Assembly: GCA_964016885.1 (NCBI GenBank)
Contig: OZ024741.1
Coordinates: 196,292,001 to 196,356,000 of the forward strand
Length of the DNA stretch: 64,000 nucleotides
Direction of reading: 5' to 3'
From: Eledone cirrhosa
Lineage: Eukaryota
Part shown: positions 40,702 through 54,600 of the stretch, piece by piece
Numbering within the stretch: the first letter of the stretch is position 1
Layout: each line of letters begins with the position of its first letter
Program-made: the position numbers and the translations under genes
The notes under the pieces: model-generated
What the model was told of the DNA's origin: nothing
Seen by the model: the letters and a program-made list of their open reading frames with translations, nothing else
The model's database searches: none

Positions 40702-42153
40702 CACATCTTCATTGCTATCCCATCACTTGCTCTCTCTTACCATGACATCTTCATTGCTATCCCATCACTTGCTCTCTCTTACCATGACATCTTCATTGCT
40801 ATCCCATCACTTGCTCTCTCTTACCATGACATCTTCATTGCTATCCCATCACTTGCTCTCTCTTACCATGACATCTTCATTGCTATCCCATCACTTGCTC
40901 TCTCTTACCATGACATCTTCATTGCTATCCCATCACTTGCTCTCTCTTACCATGACATCTTCATTGCTATCCCATCACTTGCTCTCTCTTACCATGACAT
41001 CTTCATTGCTATCCCATCACTTGCTCTCTCTTACCATGACATCTTCATTGCTATCCCATCACTTGCTCTCTCTTACCATGACATCTTCATTGCTATCCCA
41101 TCACTTGCTCTCTCTTACCATGACATCTTCATTGCTATCCCATCACTTGCTCTCTCTTACCATGACATCTTCATTGCTATCCTATCACTTGCTCTCTCTT
41201 ACCATGACATCTTCATTGCTATCCCATCACTTGCTCTCTCTTACCATGACATCTTCATTGCTATCCCATCACTTGCTCTCTCTTACCATGACATCTTCAT
41301 TGCTATCCCATCACTTGCTCTCTCTTACCATGACATCTTCATTGCTATCCCATCACTTGCTCTCTCTTACCATGACATCTTCATTGCTATCCCATCACTT
41401 GCTCTCTCTTACCATGACATCTTCATTGCTATCCCATCACTTGCTCTCTCTTACCATGACATCTTCATTGCTATCCCATCACTTGCTCTCTCTTACCATG
41501 ACATCTTCATTGCTATCCTATCACTTGCTCTCTCTTACCATGACATCTTCATTGCTATCCCATCACTTGCTCTCTCTTACCATGACATCTTCATTGCTAT
41601 CCCATCACTTGCTCTCTCTTACCATGACATCTTCATTGCTATCCCATCACTTGCTCTCTCTTACCATGACATCTTCATTGCTATCCCATCACTTGCTCTC
41701 TCTTACCATGACATCTTCATTGCTATCCCATCACTTGCTCTCTCTTACCATGACATCTTCATTGCTATCCCATCACTTGCTCTCTCTTACCATGACATCT
41801 TCATTGCTATCCCATCACTTGCTCTCTCTTACCATGACATCTTCATTGCTATCCTATCACTTGCTCTCTCTTACCATGACATCTTCATTGCTATCCCATC
41901 ACTTGCTCTCTCTTACCATGACATCTTCATTGCTATCCCATCACTTGCTCTCTCTTACCATGACATCTTCATTGCTATCCCATCACTTGCTCTCTCTTAC
42001 CATGACATCTTCATTGCTATCCTATCACTTGCTCTCTCTTACCATGACATCTTCATTGCTATCCCATCACTTGCTCTCTCTTACCATGACATCTTCATTG
42101 CTATCCCATCACTTGCTCTCTCTTACCATGACATCTTCATTGCTATCCTATCA
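40702..42153. repeat. 42-bp minisatellite, ~34.5 copies
   Basis: Unit TGACATCTTCATTGCTATCCCATCACTTGCTCTCTCTTACCA. Confidence 0.98.
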
Positions 42154-42384
42154 TGCAGCTAATGATGTTTTCTATTCAACCAATGTGTAGTTATTACTGT
42201 CTCTTTTTCATTGTACCTTCCCTCTCCCATCCTCTCACCGTTTCTCTCATTACATTTGTATTCATACTATCTCCTCTTTCATGTGCTTCGTCATCACTCA
42301 CCTTTTATTCACACCCTCAGTCATGTTTGCCTTGAAAAAAATGGAAACTTCATAAACTAAAAAGGACTTAATAACTTTATTAGG

Positions 42385-42722
42385 GAAAAAGACAACCTCT
42401 TTAGTGCTGGTGCCTTCATAGAATGTACCCCGAATATTCTGTGAAATGGTTGGTGATTGATCAGAGACTTATGTAGGGGTGTAGAAGGCTGTTTAGTTTC
42501 TATGATGACATGACAACCTTTCTAGTGCTAGTGCCATGATAAAATGCAACCAGTAAACTCTATAAAGTGTTTGAAGTGAAGAAGGGCATCCAGCCATAGA
42601 AACCATGAATGACAGTCCTCTGACTTACATACTGGAACAATAACTCTAAATAACTGACTTGGACTGTGGTGAAGCGTCTAACCCATGCCAGATTGGAAAC
42701 CAGAAGTATAATGATGATGCAG
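42385..42722 (+). mobile_element. Degenerate SINE / bipartite RTE remnant
   Basis: GAAGGGCATCCAGCCATAGAAA, CTAACCCATGC, (ATG)n tail. Confidence 0.6.
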
Positions 42723-44020
42723 ATTTCTTATTGTTTAGTGGCTTTTACATAAAACATCATAATTTTACTGCCAATATTCTTGCTTATTTTGTTGTTGCTT
42801 TTTGTATTTTTAACTTTTTCTGCAATGACTTTAAAGAAGTATAAAGATATACAGAACACTGAAAGATAGACTATCATATTCAGTAAAGAAGTATTTGGAG
42901 AAATTGTTAATATTCCCAAAAATGGATCAATAGCAGAAACAGTATAATGTCAAACTAAATGCTTTTCATTGTTTTATACAAACCCTCTATGTTCTGAATT
43001 CAAATCCTACAATTTACTATACCTCTTCCATATAAATATATGATCCTGTGTTTGTGAAAAAAAACATTCTTATATTAAATTCAAGATAGTGTTGGTTGCA
43101 GAAAATATACTGGTAACAGACCTTAAAATACAAACCAGCTTTACTTGCTTAAAAATATGTTTAAAACTCTAGTTTTATGATGTTAAGAGATACACCTTCA
43201 TAGAATAGTCCTTCATATTTTCAAATAACCTGGCAGCTCTTCACAACAATGAAATAGATTGTGGAACACAAATGTCTGAAATGGTTCTAAACTTAGGATT
43301 TACAAACTATTTAGCCCACACAGACCATTCAGCATAATTGCTTAGAACCTAAAATGTCTTTTAAATTACAAAGGTTTTGTTTTGAAAACTGAGCTTGCAG
43401 TGTTTGGTAATTTTTCTCATCTAAAGAACATTAAAATTTGACTTCATTAACTTAGGATGAAAACAAAATATTTGGGGAAATTTGATCTTTTATTATTGTA
43501 TTTCTAATGAAATATACTGTCTGTGTGTAATAATTCATTTTGGAAAATTTGAAGAGTTTAATGAGATAACTAACTTTTTCATTAGTAAACTGATGTTTGA
43601 CATAATAAAAATTTCTTAAATAAGATTATGGAATGTTTTAGTATAAGAGTTAATGTTCATATAGGTTTACTTTTTTCTTTCTAAATATTAATCTGCCATA
43701 TCACAGGATTTTATTTTTTAAAAGCAATCCTAGAGTTTCACGATCAAGCCTTTGTACAGTTATAAGATGTCAAAATAATGAGGATATACATTCTTGTCAT
43801 TACTTTATCCTGAAAATATTCACAGATTTGTATCAGATATCATATGAATATAGTAAACTATTTTTTAAATTATTAGAGCACAAAAGTAGGGAAATTATTC
43901 TAAGATTTTGCCTTTAGAGAAACAATTTTAAACAGACTAGATTTTAGAGTATCTTATTAACCCAACTAATAAAAAAAAAAGAGAGGATAAAATGGTGTAA
44001 CAAAAAATATATATACAAAC

Positions 44021-44139
44021 CTTGGTAAATCAGATTTATCATCTATAAGTTTTTCTAAATATGAAAACCCAAACGCTCGATAAAAACAGTTGCCATCACC
44101 TCTTGTTCGCCTTAAATCTCTATATCGAGATTGGAGATC
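44021..44139 (-). CDS. OTUB1: Otubain catalytic exon, 119 bp: DLQSRYRDLRRTRGDGNCFYRAFGFSYLEKLIDDKSDLP(R)
   Basis: ttttatAG acceptor, GTTTGT donor; OTU catalytic motif DGNCFYRAF (human OTUB1 TRPDGNCFYRAFGFSHLE, recalled). Confidence 0.96.
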
Positions 44140-44328
44140 CTATAAAAATAGAAAATGATAATTTAGAATCAATACATTATAAGAAAACTCATTTCAAAAG
44201 TTAAATGGTGATCCTTCTTTAAATGAAGCAAAGTATATAATGTTAACTACATAATCAACTCATTAATAAAATGGAATGGAGGTAATCTAATAATGTTATT
44301 TCATTGCTTTTCTGTCCACTTTTCTCAT

Positions 44329-45674
44329 ATTTGTCAAATGTTAGTATGTACTATACATTTGTTAAATGTTAGTATGTACTATACATTTGTCAAATGTTAG
44401 TATGTACTATACATTTGTCAAATGTTAGTATGTACTATACATTTGTTAAATGTTAGTGTGTACTATACATTTGTCAAATGTTAGTATGTACTATACATTT
44501 GTCAAATGTTAGTATGTACTATACATCTGTCAAATGTTAGTGTGTACTATACATTTGTCAAATGTTAGTATGTACTATACATTTGTCAAATGTTAGTGTG
44601 TACTATACATTTGTCAAATGTTAGTATGTACTATACATTTGTTAAATGTTAGTGTGTACTATACATTTGTCAAATGTTAGTATGTACTATACATTTGTCA
44701 AATGTTAGTATGTACTATACATTTGTCAAATGTTAGTATGTACTATACATTTGTCAAATGTTAGTATGTAATATGTATTTATCAAATGTTAGTATGTACA
44801 ATATATTTGTCAAATGTTAGTATGTACTATACATTTGTCAAATGTTAGTATGTAATATGTATTTGTCAAATGTTAGTATGTACAATATATTTGTCAAATG
44901 TTAGTATGTACTATACATTTGTCAAATGTTAGTATGTACTATGTATTTATCAAATGTTAGTATGTACAATATATTTGTCAAATGTTAGTATGTACTATAC
45001 ATTTGTCAAATGTTAGTATGTACTATGTATTTGTCAAATGTTAGTATGTACTATACATTTGTCAAATGTTAGTATGTACTATACATCTGTCAAATGTTAG
45101 TATGTACTATATATTTGTCAAATGATAGTATGTACTATACATTTGTCAAATGTTAGTATGTACTATGTATTTGTCAAATGTTAGTATGTACTATACATTT
45201 GTCAAATGTTAGTATGTACTATACATTTGTCAAATGTTAGTATGTACTATACATTTGTCAAATGTTAGTATGTACTATATATTTGTCAAATGATAGTATG
45301 TAATATGTATTTGTCAAATGTTAGTATGTACTATGTATTTGTCAAATGTTAGTATGTATTATGTATTTGTCAAATGTTAGTATGTACTATGTATTTGTCA
45401 AATGTTAGTATGTACTATGTATTTGTCAAATGTTAGTATGTACTATGTATTTGTCAAATGTTAGTATGTACTATGTATTTGTCAAATGTTAGTATGTACT
45501 ATACATTTGTCAAATGTTAGTATGTACTATACATTTGTCAAATGTTAGTATGTACTATACATTTGTCAAATGTTAGTATGTACTATACATTTGTCAAATG
45601 TTAGTATGTACTATACATTTGTCAAATGTTAGTATGTACTATATATTTGTCAAATGTTAGTATCTACTATACAT
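44329..45674. repeat. 28-bp minisatellite, ~48 copies
   Basis: Unit ATTTGTCAAATGTTAGTATGTACTATAC with blocks of variants. Confidence 0.98.
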
Positions 45675-45924
45675 TGCAGGACATTGTTTTTGAGGAACAT
45701 AAACAATGTCACCACTGGCTTTTATACACTGTTGTATAAGTAATATTCTATTTGCCTGGCAATTTTCATAGAATTATTTTATGAATTAAAGAATTTACTG
45801 TAAAGATTTAATGAGGCATTAATATGTATACTACTCTTCCATCTTCAAACCAATAAAATGATTAATGAAGCATACTAGAACAAAAATTTAGAACTGTAAT
45901 CAACCATATATGCCACATGTATTA

Positions 45925-45968
<44 letters not shown>

Positions 45969-46187
45969 GAGGTAACAAATTATTATTATAGGTAGTCCAC
46001 TTAGGTGTAGTCCAGTTATGGTACTCCAGGTAGTGGATGATATCAACGCTTGGCTAAGTTTGACTCAACAAGGCGTTTCCATAGTGAAGCTGCGAGTACG
46101 CTGTAATTCCTATGTTGTAAACACTTGGAGTAATAATAAATCAGGAAAGAAGAGTGACACGGTTTGCTATACAAAAAAAGTTTTTAA

Positions 46188-46308
46188 TCTCATTGCTGAC
46201 AATTGTTTCTCTGAACTGGTAGGTCTAGAGATCGCTATCGGCTTATTTTCACGTTACTCGATCGCCAATACAAAGTTATAACCAGTCAGTTCATCGGAGC
46301 TTGTGAGA
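46188..46308 (-). ncRNA. Atypical type I hammerhead motif (CCGATGA core, long stem II insert)
   Basis: TCTCA-caa-GCT CCGATGA a CTGACTGGT..~60 nt..ACCAGTTCAG a GAAACAATTGTC AGC-aa-TGAGA; palindromic stem III ACAATTGT. Confidence 0.7.
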
Positions 46309-49300
46309 ATGAAAAGAATATACAGGCATGGCTACTATATGTAGTAGTAATGGCATTCAGTCAGAACAATAACAACAATATCAACAATGCTAGCAATAAA
46401 TTATTTGAAATAATCACAACATCAATCTAGGTGGGAAGTATAGTATATCTACGATTTTAGCATGTAAAACTAGCTGACATGAGGCAGATGTATAAAATTG
46501 ACATGTAAAAACTATCGTGGGGTGTATTATATCTAGTGTGAAGATAAGCTGGTGTCTTTAAACAATGTAGGTCAGGTGGCCGTAAGAGTCGGTTATTATC
46601 TGACAGATGAAGGATTTATCACTGTAGTGAGATTTGTGTGGTCTATATTAGATGAGAGGGTTGTCTAGCTTTCTCATCATCAATAACATACATGTATAAG
46701 ACAACATTAACAAAGTAGCAAAATAATGGGCATGTTAATACAGAGGTTAAGGAGGCATATATATATATCCACACAAACATATATATACACATACACATAT
46801 ATACATAGATATAAAGAGAAAACATGCTGACTATAATTATACCAGGAGGAAGGTAAAGTTCTGTTGTAGTAGTATTTTGAAATGTTCTTGGATTTAGGAT
46901 CAAGTGCTGACAGCAGCTGAGAAGAGATATGCTTATGGGTTGATGAGGTACTTACAGACATTAGTGTGGTATAGAACTAAGAAGACTAGAATGTACTTAA
47001 TGATTATATTTCTGTGGTGGTTCGTGCAGAGTAGTGGGTATCCTAGTTGAAAGCTATGTTACGTCGGTTCGATTCACGGAGGTTTAAATCTTATGAATTT
47101 CGTGGCGATCCTGTGTCTGCAGAAGATAGATCTTTCTAACTTGTTGTTAAGTAGCCTTTTTACATTTCTAAGGATATACAGTAATTCTAGATCACATAGC
47201 CTACAGTGGGACATACCTGTACTGTAGGTTTTAGCGGCCGACAACCTCGACCAGTTGATACTGTAGTTAGTGTTGTTGTCCTTCAGTTCCCATATTTTTT
47301 TGGCGAGGGTTGTAGAACCCATAAGTGCACGATTTTTCATCGAGTGTCTGTGCACATACCATCTTTTTTTAAAAGTACCCGCGGTGGATCCAATGTAATG
47401 CCAACTGGAGTTGTCTGAGTTGACCGTACACATGTACACTAGGCTCGAATCGAGACATCTATTCGCCAATGGGCACCTATCCGGTAGGTGACAGTTACAG
47501 TTTGAGGTGTTATTTCATGCAGCTTCTACACTGCTGTTTAGTACACTGCTATAAGTGGGTTGTGATTCATGCCCGTTGGGGGTTTTGCTGCTGCGTGCTT
47601 GTATGCGCTTGCGGTTGTGATACTGTGATGTGTTTATGCTTATAATTTGGTGCTATGTTGCGCATAGGTGGGGCGGATTCCCTAGAGATATTTCTGTGGT
47701 TGATCTTGCGTATGTGCAATTCTATATTTGCTGCCGTAGAGTATGAGAGTTTTATAGTGTTTCTATTGAGTATTTTATTATATCTATGTGAAATAGGGAA
47801 GTGTTTATCTATTAGTTTAAAGAATGTAGAGGGCAGTCTAGTTTTTACAGAGGAGTTGAAGATTGGGTTGAACCATAGGTATTTTCTTTCTCTGATTCTT
47901 CTATTGTTTCTTGGGTTTATGTTATTAGTGTTTGGACCGCTCACTCTAGGTGCTACGTGCCTAACCCTAGGTCTAGTCCAGTTACCTCTATTTTTGTGTG
48001 AGAGGTTGGTGTAGTTGCTATTAGGTTTGTTTAAGTTGTCTTTATTCGCTATATACTGCAGTTTATCTTTATGTCCAGCCCTATGTAATGCTGTGTTATA
48101 ATAGTTAGCATGTTCATTAAAGATTTCTAGATTTGAGGATAAGCGGGATATTCTAAGGGATATACTACGTGCTATGGATCTGATTATGGATTTGGGGTGG
48201 TTTGAGTTATAACTAATGTAGGCCAGATTTTCATTATTTTTGTGGAAAGGTTCTATTAATCCCGTATTTAGATTTAGAGTCACATCTAGAAAGTTTACCT
48301 TCTTATGGTTCAGTTCGTAGGTAATACTTAGGCCTAGTTTTTTGAAGAATGTTCTAATGTTTTTCTTAATCTTTCCATGCTCTGGTTGTTTAAGTTCTTA
48401 GCTATAAGGAGCGTGTCATCTCTATAAATCCCTCCTTGGAGGTTACTGAATTCCTTATGTAGGTTGTGTGCTATGAATAGCCCCACGATGTCAGTGATTT
48501 GCGCAGAGTCATTTGATCCCATTGTTATATCGAAGCTGTTTATCCTATCTCTTCTTACCCAGTAGCTATTTTCAAATTTTATGATAGTCCTTCTAGCCGC
48601 TATTATTATTTCAATTTCCTCAGGGGTAAGATCGGAGTTATTTTGGGCAAATATAAACGCTTTATCTAGGGTGGCTGGGGATATGGATGCATAGTAGTCG
48701 TCTATATCAAATTGTATGAAGTTACATGTCTCCCTATTTCGTATTTTATTGAACCATTCAATCGCCTCGTTAGTGTTACCCCATAAATTGATTTCTAGTT
48801 TACCCTTTATTTGTGCGATTACCCTATCTAGAATGTTTTTGCTAATTTTGCCTATATCTGACTTAGATTGGCATATTAATCTAATAGTAGGGTTCGTTTC
48901 AAAATTATTTTTGTGATCCTTCAGGTTAAATGTGGGGTTGCATGGGGTTAGAGGCTCGGTCCTATCGGGTATTCCGAGTTTATTTACTATCCTGAGGCCC
49001 TCCACGTTAATGCTGGTGAGTGTGAATTCATTTGTTTTTTGTATTTTTTATGTAGTTCACGCTGTATAAAATTATTGTATGTGTTAAGGTCCATAGAGTA
49101 TATGTTTGATGTTTTGTCTGCTTTTACTATGATACCGTTAGTGTCTTTTAGTTTTTTTAGTAGTGTATTGATGTCATTTTGCAATTTGTTGTGATGTGTT
49201 CTTTTTTTGAATTTAGTTCCACTTATCATATTCATAAGGTCCAGCTCAAAGGCACGAGTGTGGGGTTGTTTGGCGGGTTTTTGCAGGATTTAAATCCGTA

Positions 49301-49835
49301 ATTCTCTTTAGAAAATTCTCTTGCGTTAGTATTTGGTCCTTTGTCGAAATGGTAAGCCTTCCATCGGACCCTACGGATGAAATCATTAGTCCGTTAACCT
49401 CTGTATTAACTTGCCCATTATTTTGCTACTTTGTTAATGTTGTCTTATACATGTATGTTATTGATGATGAGAAAGTTAGACAACCCTCTTATCTAATATA
49501 GACCACACAAATTCCACTACAGTGATAAATCCTTCATCTGTCAGATAATAACCAACTCTTACGGCCACCTGACCTACATTGTTTAAAGACACCAGCTTAT
49601 CTTCATACTAGATATAATACACCCCACGACAGTTTTTACATGTCAATTTTATACATCTGCCTCATGTCAGCTAGTTTTACATGCTAAAATCGTAGATATA
49701 CTATACTTCCCACCTAGATTGATGTTGTGATTATTTCAAATAATTTATTGCTAGCATTGTTGATATTGTTGTTATTGTTCTGATTGAATGCCATTACTAC
49801 TACATATAGTAGCCATGCCTGTATATTCTTTTCAT

Positions 49836-49956
49836 TCTCACAAGCTCCGATGAACTGACTGGTTATAACTTTGTATTGGTGATCGAGTAACGTGAAAATA
49901 AGCGGATAGCGATCTCTAGACCTACCAGTTCAGAGAAACAATTGTCAGCAATGAGA
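49836..49956 (+). ncRNA. Second copy of the atypical hammerhead motif
   Basis: Same core and stems as 46188-46308; differences only in the stem II insert. Confidence 0.7.
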
Positions 49957-50010
49957 TTAAAAACCTTTTTTGTATAGCAAACCGTGTCACTCTTCTTTCC
50001 TGATTTATAT

Positions 50011-50472
<462 letters not shown>

Positions 50473-51052
50473 GAGCATTACCTGGTAACTTATAAAGGAT
50501 GGACTGTGATTAGATATTCTGTTAACTGCATCCATTCACTGCAGAAAAGTTTCCCCAGGTCTTGTAATATGATCCAGACTCCAGAGATAGTTTTTACCTT
50601 ACATCTGTCAATGTTTATTCTTCAATAAATAGTAATCTAAACCACGGTTTATCAACTTTGTTACTTATATAGCTTAACTAAAGCTATATCTCTATCTGTA
50701 ACTCTTTAAAATTTCTAAACACAAACATACACACAATGCATTTCCTACCTCAGTCATGCTGCTACAATAAGAAGTTTGCTTTCCAATCACAATCTCCTTA
50801 CATTTGTCCTTGTAAGTTGCTATTTCTCTAAAGGTACTCATACATTTATGCCTGTTGAACATATATGGCCATGTGTATCAGATTTAAATTAGGTACACCA
50901 TATCCCTGTTGTAAAAAACCACTAAAAGAGTTGGTGTGAGGAAAGGCATCCAGCTGTAAAACACTGCATCAGAATTATATATATAGAATTAATTCTTTCA
51001 AAATTACATCCTGATAACCAGTAAATTCAAGAAATAATTCATTAATAAATAC

Positions 51053-51151
51053 CTTCAACTTTTCTTGATATACATGATCTCCCTCTGCATAATCTTTCAT
51101 GAGTTGATTCAAAGGAAGTCGATCACTCATAAGTGGTTGGGAACAAACAAC
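51053..51151 (-). CDS. OTUB1: Otubain exon, 99 bp: VVCSQPLMSDRLPLNQLMKDYAEGDHVYQEKLK
   Basis: ttctcatcctAG acceptor, GTATTT donor; resembles human IAVQNPLVSERLELSVLYKEYAEDDNIYQQKIK (recalled); phase-0 join to the next exon. Confidence 0.93.
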
Positions 51152-51749
51152 CTAGGATGAGAAAAGAACTGTAGTTAAAAGTAATCTGTAAATCAAGAGA
51201 TTGGGTAGTGAATTGGCAGTCATTAGAACATTGGATATACAATTCCTAGCATTAACTTTTTAATTTTTCTTATAATGTTGAATAATTTTATAATATATAT
51301 ATTGATATGATTATCAACCTTAGAAGGGATAGGTGTAACTACCACAGCAACAACAGCTGCACAATCAAACCAGCGTTGGTGCTAACTGCATCACAGATTT
51401 ACCCACTGATAACTGCCACAATCATAACAACAATTGTGTTTATATGTAAGGAACTACACCTAAGCTATTAAATAAATTGTCATTATAATAAATGGAACTC
51501 TTTTGAATACAGCTGTATTATTGACAAAACAAATTATTGTTATTATGATATTATTGTGATTTGCAAGCATTTTAACAGCAGTAAGTTCTCAGTGAATAGA
51601 GTCCCGCTCATTCTCACTTGGATGTTCTTGGGGGAAAAACTCCACATTCTATTTCTTTCCTTCTCCATATAAAATACTGTCTTCATTCCTATATAAGAAA
51701 CTTATTTGTTATAAAGTGCAATGACCACATTACTGTATGAGGCTGTATC

Positions 51750-52500
51750 TCAACATTTCATGTCAATTTTTCCATACTTGCATGGATTGGACGTGTCTTC
51801 TCCAGCACAGCTTCCTTCCACCGAGTTCCTTCGTCATCTCACCCATGAGGTTCAGCAATTTGAGATCTCACCAATTCTGCGCAGGTCTCTTGGCAATTCA
51901 TCATCTCTTGGCAATTCATCATCCATTTGTATCACATATCCATACCAGTGCATTCTTCTCTCTTGCACGCTTTCATATCTCACTCAGCTTACCCATACTT
52001 CGTCATTCATATGCATTAACATTACACATCCAACAGATCATACTCATTCTTATCCAGCTTTTTCATAACTTCTGCATTCACCACCCATGTCTTGCTGTCA
52101 TGCTACATTGTGCCTATGTGCGGAGTGCAATCTTCACATTCAGAGAAAATGTTTATCATCAACAGAAATAGTAGCTCCTTCAACTTTTTCTAACCCGTTC
52201 TTATTCTAGCTATTATGCTTTCAGAGCAACTCCTTCCCACTGTTAATTAGGTCATCTAGGTAGCAAAAGCAATCAACCCCCTTTTATGGCATCTTACTGG
52301 TATTGGAAAGAATTTATTTCACTGCTGCTTGCCTTACTACACACTATCCTTGTACATTTGGCATATACAAAGTCTACTTTTTCTATTAGACTGCCTGCTA
52401 TCCCACTCCACCACTTGTATATCCATATTTTACATAGGTATGCATACTACACCCAGTTTCCTTGTCAAAGGCCTTTTCCAGATCTACAAAAGCTACATAT
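51750..52500 (-). pseudogene. Degenerate RTE 3' fragment
   Basis: Minus-strand WYGYV, VQERR and ARIRTG remnants. Confidence 0.65.
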
Positions 52501-52779
52501 AGCAGGTGCTACACATTCCTACATCTCATCTAAATTGATTATTTCCTTAGTTAGTTGTGCTAGCACTCTTTCTGACACTTCCATAACTTGATTCAAGTTT
52601 TATGAGATTTGTCCCAAAAGTAAGGGTACTGATTTTCCTATGTATGACATGGTAACACAGCACCTCAATGTATATAGACATGTTGGTTATGACCTTGGCT
52701 GCATGTACATACTTGTTTCAACAGAATCAATTGAGTCAGTTTTGAGTTATTGTTGTTTATAACCCTTGTTACGTTTGTG

Positions 52780-52915
52780 ACGCAGGAATATATCAAACAA
52801 TGGTACGCAAACAAATTTTGTGTGAAACAACAAATCAGCCACTGAAACATTTAATTCTTTAACACAAGCTTATGGTGATGTCACTATCAAGAAGTAAGGT
52901 TTTGAAGTGACTGGA
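52780..52915 (+). pseudogene. Mariner transposase N-terminal relic
   Basis: QWYANKFCVK..(frameshift)..KSATETFNSLTQAYGD resembles mariner HTH QRxxIKFC..GKSATET...AYG. Confidence 0.55.
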
Positions 52916-53229
52916 GTTGGGTAGTATATATTGAATCATATAGAAAATGTTCATGTAAATAAACATTTTTACAGCCTTGTTATTAATTTTAGAAGTGGTA
53001 GATTTCACCACTGGCCTTAGAAACCAGTCATGTTTCAATCATGCTCTATCAAAGCATCACTACTTCTCATTAATTACAGCCTGCCAGTTTTTGTTCTGTA
53101 TGCAAATGAGCTCCATCAGTCGATGTTCGTAAACATAAATATTATAAGCTTTTAGCTTATTTTTGTCTTAGCATCCAAGCAGAGTTAGCCTCTCTGAAAA
53201 CAGTTAATGAACCAGAAACAGCTGTTAGG

Positions 53230-54600
53230 GTGCTCTCCCTTGGTTCGGAGCCACCGACTCACCAAACGTTATGGATCTTATTGGAATATACATCCTATCC
53301 AGACTAAAGGACCATTTCCACTATGTTAGAGGACTTTACCACAATGACAGCCTCCCCACCCTGCCGTGTATCTGACCAGACAAGGACAGCCCTTATTGAG
53401 ATGTTCAAGGAATTAGAGTTTAGGGTTAGAACCAAACACCACCTAAGCTCAGTTGAGTTTCTGGATGTCACCTTGAACCTAGAAAACAGGCTACACTACC
53501 CCTACAAGAAGCCTGAGTCTTTGTTATACATTAACAAAAACTCTAACCATCCACGCTCTATCACCAAAAGCATACCAAAAAATGTAGCAATCCGCATATC
53601 TCAGTTATCTGCAAACAAGCAGATTATCCAGGAGCATTACTACAAGGCCCTCCACTGAAGCAGATTTCAACAAGAGATCAAGTTTGTCTGACTCCTAGAA
53701 GTACCCAACCGCCAAAGGAACTAGAAGCATAGGATAATGTAGTATAATCCCTCCCACCCACAATGCAAATGCAGCAACACCATGTATTTTGGAATGATCC
53801 AATGGCCTTTTCCACCACGACACTGTTACCACAAAATAATTAACAAAAACAGTGAAACTGTCATACTCTACTACACCCAACATTGCCCAGTCCATTGCTG
53901 CCTCTAACAGGTCTAAGCTCCACATTCACAGACCAAACATACCATACAATGCACCCTCAGTGCCAAATTGCAATTGCCACAACCAATATGAGTGCCCCCC
54001 TGAACTACCAATTCTTCATTACAAATGTATTATATAGATGCAACATCACAGCAAATGGGTAAAAGAGAGCATACATTGGAATGACGGCAAACAGTTTCAA
54101 ATCCCGTTTTATGTAATATACACACTCCTTCCTAAACCAGGAAAAGAAGCATATCACAAGCCTCTCGAGTTTTGTCTGGAGTCATTTCATCATCATTTCA
54201 TTTTACGTCTGCTTTTTCCCTGCTTGCAAGGGTGGGACAGGAACTGATACTGGCTTGATTTCTACAGCTGGATGCCCTTCCTAACACCAACCTCATTTAC
54301 AGTGAGTACTGGGTGCTTTTTTGCCGTGGCACCTCCACAACCACTTTGCAGTGGAATGATAGGGACCTCAGTCCCTAGCATCTCATTTCTACAGCTGAGT
54401 AAACTGGAGCAATGTGAAATAAAGTGTCTTGCTCAAGGAAACAACACATCACCCGGTCTGAGAATTGAACTCATAACCTTTCGATTGCAAGGCCAATGCT
54501 CTAACCACTAAGCCATGTGCCTCCATAAGTCTACATGAAAAAGAAATCCCTTACAACCTTAAGGCCCACCATATAAGTGATCTGCTCCATTGGATTACCC
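53230..54600 (+). mobile_element. Degenerate Penelope-like fragment (RT end + GIY-YIG), split by a SINE
   Basis: VEFLDVTLNL..YINKNSNHP, KLSYSTTPN, CNC..CP, YIGMTAN remnants. Confidence 0.82.
54182..54524 (-). mobile_element. Full-length tRNA-derived SINE, RTE-A tail
   Basis: Near-identical to 50011-50361. Confidence 0.92.

Larger units (their letters stand above)
45968..50008 (-). mobile_element. Near full-length Penelope-like element (RT + C-terminal GIY-YIG, frameshifted) with ~615-bp inverted pLTRs 46136-46750 / 49394-50008
   Basis: FIRRVRWKAYHF, KADKTSN, LKDHK, QFDIDDYYASI, TMGS, IYRDD, FLDVTL, CNC..CPL..C, VY..YIG, CRLCDLE; end-to-end reverse-complement repeat. Confidence 0.93.

Noticed and set aside
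40673-42190. 505-aa ORF of TSSLLSHHLLSLTM repeats
   Set aside because: Product of a 42-bp minisatellite; no synonymous variation, no domain, antisense within an intron
40702-45674. Repeat arrays as CRISPR
   Set aside because: Head-to-tail units without unique spacers, no cas genes, eukaryotic context
47470-47570. In-frame TGA codons in the Penelope ORF as selenocysteine
   Set aside because: Not at conserved Cys positions, accompanied by frameshifts and TAG stops, no SECIS recognised; ordinary decay is more likely
53020-53125. Possible hammerhead near the third Penelope fragment
   Set aside because: Minus-strand CTGATGG...GAAAC lacks a complete core and convincing stems
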